A stretch of 53,295 bases of DNA, from positions 1-53,295 of the IMG/VR virus record IMGVR_UViG_3300033076_000662; one strand, written 5' to 3'. The stretch is from a virus. Taxonomy: Duplodnaviria; Caudoviricetes. How positions within the stretch are numbered: position 1 is the first letter of the stretch; each line of letters opens with the position of its first letter. Shown here piece by piece: positions 1 to 7,226 of the stretch. The notes under the pieces are model-generated. The model did no database searches. It had not been told where the DNA came from and was given only the letters and a program-made list of their open reading frames with translations. Position numbers and translations under genes: made by a program.

Positions 1-328
1 GCGGCGAGCATGACCGCGTAAATCTTCTCCCAGTACATCTCTCCGTCACAGGCGTTCCACCACGCATCTTGGGCAGCTTGTCGCTGCGTATCGGTGAGCG
101 TGAACGGCATCAGCTTCCAGCCTTCCGGCACCGATGTCCGAATTCGGACGTCGGGCTGCTCCAGTGCTGCGCGGAGGGTACTTTCCACGTCATCAAGCCA
201 GTCCCCATCCACTCCCGGCATAGCAGGCAGAACGACCGTCTGAGGCACTGCATGGACCCAATCTCGAAGTGCTTGGTGGGCTTCAAGCGCCTGCTCCACC
301 ACGGAGCGCGGCAGGGTGATGTTGTCAG

Positions 329-676
329 TCATTTCGTGTTCCTTCCTATTTCTGCCGCTACGCACACGATGGCGCGGCGGGTTGCTGCGTAGGGGTCGTT
401 GTTACAGCTCTCCATTACGTTTACTCCGGAGTTACGAAACGTAATGGCATCAACCCTTGCGTGTGTCGCAGCCATAACCGGAATACTGATTCCCATATTC
501 AACTTCACCGCCAGACGCAGCGCGTCGCCGTCGTTATGAAGTGGATTCCAAAACATATCGGGGCCGTTGTCAGTTGTTTCCAGCCAGTCACCGTCATGAA
601 GAAAGCTTGGAATGCTACCTACGATGGTAAGCCCTGCTGCCTTTGCGGCCAGCTCCAGCAGTGTGCGGTCGCTCAT
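329..676 (-). CDS. hypothetical phage protein
   Basis: 115 aa ORF with an AGGAGA RBS, overlapping its neighbours in a tightly packed minus-strand operon. Confidence 0.7.
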   Translation of the reverse strand: MSDRTLLELAAKAAGLTIVGSIPSFLHDGDWLETTDNGPDMFWNPLHNDGDALRLAVKLNMGISIPVMAATHARVDAITFRNSGVNVMESCNNDPYAATRRAIVCVAAEIGRNTK

Positions 677-1074
677 TTTGTTTCTCCTTCGACCTTGGCG
701 ATGGCGTCGCGGGCCACGACTTGCGCGTCACCCGCAAAGTGAACATTTCTCGGGTCCGCTATGCGGCGCAGCGCCTCCAGCAGCTCGTTGCACCGCTCCT
801 TGAGCGCCACGAGCTCGCCGATCTGCTCGGCGTTCTCGCGGGTCAGGTGGTCGATGGTGGCGCGGAAGTCCTCGTTCTCGGCGTGCTGACGGCGCAGTTC
901 GGCGGCGGCTTGCAGGGTGGGTTCAAGATCACGTCGCAGACTGATGGATGTGAGTTTCTCTAGCTCATCAGCCAGCCGCATGGCTTCGGGTTGCCGCTTG
1001 CCGGCGCAATGGCCGAGGCACTCGGCCTCGGGGTAATTGCAGCCGCTGGCTGCGTGCGGGCAGGGTTTGGTCAT
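673..1074 (-). CDS. hypothetical phage protein (Cys-rich N-terminus, coiled coil)
   Basis: Start trimmed to MTKPCPH, where the ATG overlaps the upstream stop (ATGA); 133 aa. Confidence 0.6.
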   Translation of the reverse strand: MTKPCPHAASGCNYPEAECLGHCAGKRQPEAMRLADELEKLTSISLRRDLEPTLQAAAELRRQHAENEDFRATIDHLTRENAEQIGELVALKERCNELLEALRRIADPRNVHFAGDAQVVARDAIAKVEGETK

Positions 1075-1238
1075 GCCGTCCCCCACTTCGCCAGCCAGAC
1101 GGCGATGGCCGATGCTGCGGACATCAGGCACGGCAGGAGGACGGCGTAGCCGGCCAAGGCGCGCGCCAGGTTGGCAGCAGCCCGGCGGCGCGCAGGGCAG
1201 CGCCGGCCTTGGGCGCAATCATGGTTACAGCAATTCAT
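1071..1238 (-). CDS. small membrane protein with CNxxCxQGRxC motif
   Basis: Read by hand (below the ORF track cut-off): MNCCNHDCAQGRRCPARRR...AVLLPCLMSAASAIAVWLAKWGTA; it fills the gap between flanking genes exactly. Confidence 0.6.
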   Translation of the reverse strand: MNCCNHDCAQGRRCPARRRAAANLARALAGYAVLLPCLMSAASAIAVWLAKWGTA

Positions 1239-1549
1239 TACAGCTTCCCTCCAAGGTCGTAGTAGCGGTGCAGGACTTCAGCCGGTGTCGGTTCGACACC
1301 CATCTCGCGGCAGACGTAATCGCCGGTACGCTCAATTTGCACCAAGTCGGCGCTTGGGCCAAGAGCCTTCTTGCAGGCGCGCAGGTCGCGCTCGAAACGC
1401 TGGGCGGCAAGCTTGGCGTCCACTAGGTCAGCGGCAATCGCGCGCTCAACCTGTTCGTCGCTCCGGCCGTCGAGCAGGTAACTACCCCCGATGATCAGAG
1501 TGGCACCTGCGGCCAGCGCCCATGTGGTGAATCGGTCAAAGGTAATCAT
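1238..1549 (-). CDS. hypothetical membrane-anchored protein
   Basis: N-terminal hydrophobic segment (WALAAGATLIIGGSYLL); start MITFDR is coupled to the upstream stop. Confidence 0.6.
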   Translation of the reverse strand: MITFDRFTTWALAAGATLIIGGSYLLDGRSDEQVERAIAADLVDAKLAAQRFERDLRACKKALGPSADLVQIERTGDYVCREMGVEPTPAEVLHRYYDLGGKL

Positions 1550-1719
1550 GCATAACCCCATGGATGAACGATGACTAGGTAGCCGAAGTCATCGATGACT
1601 GCAGGGCTGATGGTCTCGTCGTTTACCAGCGACCAATATGGGGTATCATGGTAGCGCATCCAGCTGCTGCGTGCGTTGTAGGCTAGGGTACTACCATACG
1701 GCATTTGATAGGTGATCAT
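1546..1719 (-). CDS. small hypothetical protein (AVIDDFG motif)
   Basis: Read by hand: MITYQMPYGSTLAYNARSSWMRYHDTPYWSLVNDETISPAVIDDFGYLVIVHPWGYA; coupled to both neighbours. Confidence 0.55.
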   Translation of the reverse strand: MITYQMPYGSTLAYNARSSWMRYHDTPYWSLVNDETISPAVIDDFGYLVIVHPWGYA

Positions 1720-1983
1720 TCAAATCTCCTTGAATGCATCACGCTCGGCCGCGACGCTCTCTTCATGCAGCCAATCCATCTCACGCACAACGCTGTCGTG
1801 GCGTTTCCAGAGCTGCTGTTCGATAGGCTTGAGTTGTGACTCTAGGAAGTAGCCGGTTAAGTCAAAGCCGTTGCCGGCCAAGATCGACTCGATCCAGAGG
1901 ACGCCGCAGTCGTCGTCGATTCCGTATTCGATAGATACCGGCATGCCGCCCTCGCCAATGTTGAGAACCTGATGGAACATCAT
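1720..1983 (-). CDS. hypothetical protein
   Basis: 87 aa with an AAGGAG RBS, coupled to its neighbours. Confidence 0.6.
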   Translation of the reverse strand: MMFHQVLNIGEGGMPVSIEYGIDDDCGVLWIESILAGNGFDLTGYFLESQLKPIEQQLWKRHDSVVREMDWLHEESVAAERDAFKEI

Positions 1984-2243
1984 TTGGTCTCCTTGTTGTA
2001 CTCGTCCATTGCGACATCCATTCGTTTTGCCAGCGGGGAGCCGGCCGGGAGTCGATTGGCGCGCGGGCCGCTGGAGTGGTAGGTGCGTGCAGCGTCAGGC
2101 TCGTGCACAATGCAGATATTACCGGTGTCCATCATGTGGGGCACCCCATACGTTTCGGTCAGTCGCACTGGGTGTAACGTGCGACGGCGTGGGAGCAATT
2201 CGATTACTTGCATTTCATTTTCCTCTATGTACCTATCAATCAC
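1980..2243 (-). CDS. hypothetical early protein
   Basis: First ORF after the promoter at 2264-2293; the true start is probably just after the ATAGAGGA RBS (about 2218 or 2213). Confidence 0.55.
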   Translation of the reverse strand: MIDRYIEENEMQVIELLPRRRTLHPVRLTETYGVPHMMDTGNICIVHEPDAARTYHSSGPRANRLPAGSPLAKRMDVAMDEYNKETK

Positions 2244-2263
2244 TGGGACGTTCCAGTGATTTT

Positions 2264-2293
2264 ATTATAACACAACTTGTATTAGTGGTGCAA
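2264..2293 (-). promoter_or_regulatory. sigma70-like early promoter
   Basis: TTGCAC-N18-TATAAT with an extended -10 TG, intergenic. Confidence 0.7.
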
Positions 2294-2296
2294 TAA

Positions 2297-2485
2297 TTAG
2301 TCGCATCGAGCGGGGTTAGGGTCGCACCCAGGTGCCAGTTGCCCGAAGTCATCAACCACTGCCCACTGGGAATTGGTGAATCGGTCGGCTCCGACAAGGA
2401 CCATCCAGCGATGATGGCGGTGGGAGTACCACCACCCAGCAGCGTTGTTGGTGGCGGACAAACAGTCGATGTAGTAGGTGGTCAT
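2297..2485 (-). CDS. small hypothetical protein (AVVDDFG motif)
   Basis: Start MTTYYID overlaps the upstream stop; 62 aa. Confidence 0.55.
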   Translation of the reverse strand: MTTYYIDCLSATNNAAGWWYSHRHHRWMVLVGADRFTNSQWAVVDDFGQLAPGCDPNPARCD

Positions 2486-2883
2486 ACCGCAACGCCTTTC
2501 TTGCGTGCTGCATTCTTCAATCGCATCACAGCCACCCCCATGTTGGGGGACTCTTTCCACACATCGTCACGCAGCCCGTAGCCGGCGGCCATCGAACGCA
2601 GGCGCACTGTATCCAGTTGCGGGGTGGTCGTGGTGGACTTCCGTGGGGTCTCCGAGCGCTTCATGGGTGTTGGTGAGGGCGTAGGTACCGGAGCGGCCTC
2701 TGCAACCTTCTCTGGGCGTTCTCCGACCATCACCCCGTTAGCGATCGAGACACCGGATTCGGTGGTGTAAGATGTACCGTTGTGCCGCGCATACTCGCCT
2801 TTGGCCCACCAGGGCACATAATTGGGATCGCCGGCCGGTGCCGGGAAATGGTCATCCAGTGGGGGGAATGTATTGCTGACCAT
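2482..2883 (-). CDS. hypothetical early protein
   Basis: 133 aa with a GGAGG RBS, a Pro/Thr linker and a basic C-terminal domain. Confidence 0.65.
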   Translation of the reverse strand: MVSNTFPPLDDHFPAPAGDPNYVPWWAKGEYARHNGTSYTTESGVSIANGVMVGERPEKVAEAAPVPTPSPTPMKRSETPRKSTTTTPQLDTVRLRSMAAGYGLRDDVWKESPNMGVAVMRLKNAARKKGVAV

Positions 2884-3042
2884 CTTAACCTCCGATGAAC
2901 TCGAAATTACGACAAGCGCAGTAGTACATCACTTTGTACTTGCCCCACCGGTGCCACGCATCCTCTATATTAGCTGCCACGCCGAGCGTAACAGGGGAGA
3001 TTGCATGGTCGTGCAAAAAATCGGTATGTTGGATTACGCGAA

Positions 3043-3363
3043 TCATTTCTGTTCTCCCATTTTGTCGATCAAGCGCTGGCGGGCGGCATACAACTGGTCG
3101 ATCAGGTCCCCCTCCTCGCCGGTTATCAGCTTCCCAATCTTATACCTGGCCACCACTTTGGCCCCAGGCGTGTCGCCCGGCGTCCAGTCGAATGTGAACA
3201 GTCGGATTCCGGACAGCGGGTCAGTCACGCACCACCTGGAGCCGTCCCTCCAGTAGTGCAGGGCCAGATCCAGATAATGGGATTCAAGGTGAATGCGGAC
3301 GCCGTGGCACGGCACTGTGTTGATCGGCTGACCGCTGGCGTTCCGGATTGTTACTTCTCGCAT
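3043..3363 (-). CDS. hypothetical protein
   Basis: Start trimmed to MREVTIRN after an ATAGAGGA RBS. Confidence 0.6.
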   Translation of the reverse strand: MREVTIRNASGQPINTVPCHGVRIHLESHYLDLALHYWRDGSRWCVTDPLSGIRLFTFDWTPGDTPGAKVVARYKIGKLITGEEGDLIDQLYAARQRLIDKMGEQK

Positions 3364-3397
3364 TTTAAGTTCCTCTATTAATCTATCGGGTGTTGGG

Positions 3398-3922
3398 TCA
3401 GTCGGCCTTCTTGGCCTTTTCTTTGTCTCGAATTGCCTTGCGGGCCAGATTACCAAGCGCCATGCGCTGCAGCCCATTGTTTAGGTGTCCGTACTTGGCG
3501 TGCAGCTCTTTCACAGTGACGTCCAGGATGTGGGATACCTCGATATATACTGCAGTCAACGGCAGTCCACGGAGCTCTTCAGCAACTTTATCCCCGCAGT
3601 CCACGGCAATTTTAACCCCTTTATCAGTCATGATTTTGGTCCTTTTGTAGATGTTCAGGTAAAGAGCATCAACTTTACCGTTCTTGCGCTCGTTAATGTC
3701 CACCGGCTTGGGTTCAACCGATGTCTGAACTGGTTCTGCAGCTTCTTCGATTTCGAGTTGATCCGGGATTTCTTCGAATTCCTCGTCGCTGGAACCGTGG
3801 TTGGTCAGGGCACCGTTGCGAACCTTAGATTCGACACCACTGGTGCGAATAGTAGTCCAGCCGCCGCGAACGACGACGATTTCAACGATTTGACCAGTAG
3901 CGGTAAGGGTTGCGATTTGCAT
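3398..3922 (-). CDS. hypothetical early protein
   Basis: 174 aa, first gene after the promoter at 3957-3986, ATAGAGGA RBS. Confidence 0.7.
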   Translation of the reverse strand: MQIATLTATGQIVEIVVVRGGWTTIRTSGVESKVRNGALTNHGSSDEEFEEIPDQLEIEEAAEPVQTSVEPKPVDINERKNGKVDALYLNIYKRTKIMTDKGVKIAVDCGDKVAEELRGLPLTAVYIEVSHILDVTVKELHAKYGHLNNGLQRMALGNLARKAIRDKEKAKKAD

Positions 3923-3956
3923 TTTGCGTGTCCTCTATTAGCTATCTTGAGCCTTT

Positions 3957-3986
3957 ATTATAACACAGGCTGTGGTACCGGTGCAA
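3957..3986 (-). promoter_or_regulatory. sigma70-like early promoter
   Basis: TTGCAC-N18-TATAAT with an extended TG; same layout as 2264-2293. Confidence 0.7.
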
Positions 3987-4021
3987 TAACTGGACCACGC
4001 AAAATGCATTTCGTTGTGTTT

Positions 4022-4339
4022 TTACAACACTTTGGCCGATTTCAGCGCACCAGTCTGGCAGTCAAATACCAACTCCAGATTTGGTTGAGTCCAGAAATTG
4101 TCGTGTGCTGGTGTCCTTCCGATGAACACCCGCCGGGTAGACTCTTTCGGCATGTCCGGTTTCACTCGGTACTCGGATATCGGACAGTCCCAGTCGGGTG
4201 TTGCGCACTCCACCCACCCAGTCATGCCGGCAAAACCTCCGATCTCAACCCTGGCTCGGGACTCAATCGTGGCACCATCAATCCAGGCCAGGATTTCTTT
4301 CTTCCATTTAGCCCTTGCGGGCGACGTTGTGTTGATCAT
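4022..4339 (-). CDS. hypothetical phage protein
   Basis: 105 aa with a GAGGAG RBS and an 'I.AW.DG..IE...W....P.W....YR.KP' pattern common in phage proteins. Confidence 0.65.
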   Translation of the reverse strand: MINTTSPARAKWKKEILAWIDGATIESRARVEIGGFAGMTGWVECATPDWDCPISEYRVKPDMPKESTRRVFIGRTPAHDNFWTQPNLELVFDCQTGALKSAKVL

Positions 4340-4353
4340 GGTCCACTCCTCAG

Positions 4354-4656
4354 TCAGTCAGTCAGCCCGGTTTCTTCTTCCATATACTCGACGTTTCCGA
4401 TACGATCGGCGGCGAGCATGGCATACCCGGAAATATCGATCCAGTGGTCGAGGATGTTGGGGTTGCCGTTGACGATGCGCGAGATTTTGTGCAGGATCAT
4501 GTCCATCGCCTCGCGTTGCACCATGCTAAGACATCCATAATTCGGGTGCTCCATAACATGATATTTCAGCGCTCGGGACAGCGCTGCCTGGTCGGTGAAA
4601 TCGCCGTAGGCGGCACCACGTTCGGTCAATACGGCACGTACATCATTCCTGCTCAT
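4354..4656 (-). CDS. DUF6378-like protein
   Basis: L.ERG..YGDF ... LHKISRI.NG.P...DHW.DI.GYA.L pattern; start trimmed to MSRNDV. Confidence 0.7.
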   Translation of the reverse strand: MSRNDVRAVLTERGAAYGDFTDQAALSRALKYHVMEHPNYGCLSMVQREAMDMILHKISRIVNGNPNILDHWIDISGYAMLAADRIGNVEYMEEETGLTD

Positions 4657-4831
4657 CTTGGGTCTCCTCTTCTGGCGACTCCTCGCCGGGTTTAACGAAT
4701 CGGTGCTCCTCCTCTTTGGTGGAGAAACGATAGTTGCAACTTTCACACTCGCGCCTACGCCTGATGCGGTTGTTTGCGTTGTTGTAGGTGCTGGTAACGT
4801 AGGTGTCGCCACCACACTTTGGACACTTCAT
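4643..4831 (-). CDS. NrdR-like zinc-ribbon protein without an ATP cone
   Basis: MKCPKCG..T.V..T....IRRRREC..C..RFST matches the NrdR N-terminal CxxC...RRRRxCxxC pattern; only 62 aa. Confidence 0.7.
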   Translation of the reverse strand: MKCPKCGGDTYVTSTYNNANNRIRRRRECESCNYRFSTKEEEHRFVKPGEESPEEETQDEQE

Positions 4832-5367
4832 ACGCCCAGCTCCTCACACATGGTCCGTACTGCCTTGCGGATGTGCAGGTCGGGGTTCGAATCACTGTAC
4901 CAATCAACTGAATCAGTGAGCTGACGGCGCAACAGCGGAAGGACCTCCTCACGGGCGTGGCGGCCGACCCCGTAGTTATCCAAGAAATGAATAGCCTCTA
5001 TCAGATCGGCCAACTTCACCACCATTTCAGCCACCGTTCCGCGTACGGCACCGGCCACCTCGTAGTAATTACGGTCGTAACTGGCCTCGGCCTTCACCAG
5101 ATCGGCACCGCAACCGCGCAGGGTCTCCTTGTATGGGGTCGGGGTGTCGCCTGTGAACACTTCGATTGAGTCATGCATCAGTGCCCAATACACGACCTGC
5201 AGATGACGGTCCGGATGCAGCACCCCATTCCAGCCGATGTCGTGTGCCAGCCGGGTGGCCAGGATCGTGACGTTGAATGAATGCTCGGCAATCGTCTGCG
5301 AACGGGACGTGTCCACAATCCCCCAGCGCTTGACGTGCGACATGCGCATGAGTTCAGAAATCTTCAT
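4828..5367 (-). CDS. datZ: HD-domain dATP triphosphohydrolase (YfbR-like)
   Basis: RM..VKRW, Q.IAEHSF.V, ALMHD..E..TGD.PTP.K and VKLADL.EA motifs; directly downstream of purZ and mazZ; start MKISEL with a GGAGGAG RBS. Confidence 0.85.
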   Translation of the reverse strand: MKISELMRMSHVKRWGIVDTSRSQTIAEHSFNVTILATRLAHDIGWNGVLHPDRHLQVVYWALMHDSIEVFTGDTPTPYKETLRGCGADLVKAEASYDRNYYEVAGAVRGTVAEMVVKLADLIEAIHFLDNYGVGRHAREEVLPLLRRQLTDSVDWYSDSNPDLHIRKAVRTMCEELGV

Positions 5368-5374
5368 GGCTTTA

Positions 5375-5683
5375 TTACTCCTCCATATGTTGCATTGTCC
5401 CAGTGGCTGGGTCCCGACGCCACTGACGGTGTTCATTCACGGCCATCTTATCGAGCACGGCCCGCTCGATGTCGATACCATATTGGCTAGCCAGATCGAG
5501 TACCAAGATAACTACGTCAGCGTACTCATCCGGGGTCACTCTATCCTCGATCAACTCCTCGACCTCGATTAACATCTTGCGAAGGATCTCATCCGCAGTG
5601 CGGTCAGGAAACATCCTGTCCGCCCATGCGGTGATCCCCACTTGAAATGCCTTCAATGTGCAATCAGTGGGGTCGGTCATCAC
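5375..5683 (-). CDS. mazZ: MazG-like (DUF550) dGTP/dATP pyrophosphohydrolase
   Basis: W...FP...K...EVEEL...DEYADV.IL..D...K...N..R.W pattern; translationally coupled to purZ. Confidence 0.85.
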   Translation of the reverse strand: MMTDPTDCTLKAFQVGITAWADRMFPDRTADEILRKMLIEVEELIEDRVTPDEYADVVILVLDLASQYGIDIERAVLDKMAVNEHRQWRRDPATGTMQHMEE

Positions 5684-6726
5684 AGGTCCAGCAGATCTTC
5701 GTTACGGGGCCATTCACGGATGTCCGAGTCATCCGGGCCGGTACAGATGTAGTCCACTGTGTACCCAGTGGTCTCAATCTGCCGCATGATTCCTTCAAGC
5801 TGTTCCGGCGTGCAGTAATCTGCAAAGGTCAGCACCACACGGTTATCCATCCACATTGCGGCGCAATGGAACATGGCGTGGCTGAATTGATGCAGCGAGA
5901 ACTCGAACACACGGCGCGGAAGTTTCGTCACCGTGGTAAGTTCCGGTTTCTGGTTCAGTTCCTCCCAGGTGAGTTCACGCTGACCCTCGTAGGCCGGACC
6001 GCTGGAGCCGTCCCGGTTGTTCACCCGGATCGGGAACGTGCGCATGACGTTCCAGACGGTGATATCACTGGCCCATTTGAAGGGTAGGCCACAATCGGCG
6101 GCAATCTGCCACGGGGTCACGTCGCGCGAGGTGCAGTACGGCCAGTCACCATGATAGAGCGACAGCCCGAAGCCCTGAGCCCCCTCGACCAGCACTTTCT
6201 GTGCAAGTTGCAATTGACGGTCATACTCGAATCGATCAACCACGTACTGCTCCAGCTCAGTCCCCGCGAACCCCAGCCGTGCGATGGCCTTCGAGTCGGG
6301 GTCACGCAGGATGCGATCAATCATCGCTTGGCCCACGCCCTTGGCGGTAGAACCCATCTTGGTCTGTCCCCGGTCTTTCTCCCGTTGCGCGTGCTCATCC
6401 GTGACCACCGCTGCATTCTCGTGGATCATCAGCCGCTGGCCAGGCCGCAGATACTCACGGATTTCGCGCAGCAGAGTGTCGGCATGGATCAGGGCACCGG
6501 GGCCGATCATCACGTTCTTCACGGTGGGGCAGGTCACGCCCACGGGCAGCTGCTGCACCATCATCGAGATGCCGCGTTCGCGGTCGTTGTAGGTGTGGCC
6601 AGCTTGGGTGCCGTAAGCACAGATCACAGTGTCGTACGGTCGGCGCTTGGCCAGCCAACCAGTGACGCCGCCTTTACCGCACGAGCCCCACATGCCGTCC
6701 ATCGTCATATCGATCATCATTTTCAT
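5680..6726 (-). CDS. purZ: N6-succino-2-amino-2'-deoxyadenylate synthase (PurA paralog)
   Basis: PurA-fold motifs AGHT, GST.KGVG, EGAQG and YCTSRD; Ser in place of the catalytic Asp (WGSCGKG versus WGDEGKG); RTFPIRV and TTVTKLPRR; short (348 aa); clustered with mazZ and datZ. Confidence 0.9.
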   Translation of the reverse strand: MKMMIDMTMDGMWGSCGKGGVTGWLAKRRPYDTVICAYGTQAGHTYNDRERGISMMVQQLPVGVTCPTVKNVMIGPGALIHADTLLREIREYLRPGQRLMIHENAAVVTDEHAQREKDRGQTKMGSTAKGVGQAMIDRILRDPDSKAIARLGFAGTELEQYVVDRFEYDRQLQLAQKVLVEGAQGFGLSLYHGDWPYCTSRDVTPWQIAADCGLPFKWASDITVWNVMRTFPIRVNNRDGSSGPAYEGQRELTWEELNQKPELTTVTKLPRRVFEFSLHQFSHAMFHCAAMWMDNRVVLTFADYCTPEQLEGIMRQIETTGYTVDYICTGPDDSDIREWPRNEDLLDL

Positions 6727-6734
6727 GTTTCCTT

Positions 6735-6941
6735 TCAGTTTTCGTCTATTGACAGTTTCAAATCTTCACGTACGCTGGACAGTCTGTCCAGGATGTCGTG
6801 CATGGTTTCCACCTCGGTCGGGGTGTACTTGGAGCTACGGACGCATTTGGACAGGACGGACCGAATAAGGTCCATCTCCCACAGATGTAACTCCAGCGGG
6901 GCCATTCCGTTACCATCAATCATCGCTCTATCCTCTATCAA
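6735..6941 (-). CDS. hypothetical protein
   Basis: Short ORF ahead of purZ; start uncertain (probably MIDGNG after ATAGAGGA). Confidence 0.5.
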   Translation of the reverse strand: MIEDRAMIDGNGMAPLELHLWEMDLIRSVLSKCVRSSKYTPTEVETMHDILDRLSSVREDLKLSIDEN

Positions 6942-6952
6942 TCGGTGTTAAC

Positions 6953-6973
6953 AAAAAGCGGGGTTGCCCCCGC
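6953..6973 (-). terminator. rho-independent terminator
   Basis: Minus strand GCGGGG-GCAA-CCCCGC-TTTTT. Confidence 0.7.
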
Positions 6974-6981
6974 AGCGGAAA

Positions 6982-7164
6982 TCAATCGTCAGCGAGGAAA
7001 TTTTCAATCGCAGCAATCCGCGACTCAAGGAAGAGGACGCGATCGGCGTCACAATCGGGGACCAAGCCGGCGCGCCGAGCCTCCCAAATCACGCCGAGCA
7101 AAATCTGGACATCGGCCGAGTCAAGAGACAACAGGGCGGCCGGAACAAGGGAATCAGAAGTCAT
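6982..7164 (-). CDS. hypothetical protein
   Basis: 60 aa with an ATAGAGGA RBS, between a promoter and a terminator. Confidence 0.55.
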   Translation of the reverse strand: MTSDSLVPAALLSLDSADVQILLGVIWEARRAGLVPDCDADRVLFLESRIAAIENFLADD

Positions 7165-7196
7165 GATCTATCCTCTATTGGTGTTGGTGAGACTCT

Positions 7197-7226
7197 ATTA
7201 TAACACGAGTGGGACAACCTTCGCAA
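7197..7226 (-). promoter_or_regulatory. sigma70-like promoter
   Basis: TTGCGA-N18-TATAAT with an extended TG. Confidence 0.65.

Noticed and set aside
3485-4540. Long plus-strand ORFs (also 6151-6951, 36910-37674, 39017-39862, 42556-43260)
   Set aside because: Antisense shadows of well-supported minus-strand genes, with no motifs
5680-6726. Canonical adenylosuccinate synthetase PurA (auxiliary metabolic gene)
   Set aside because: The catalytic Asp is replaced by Ser, the protein is short, and the mazZ/datZ context indicates PurZ
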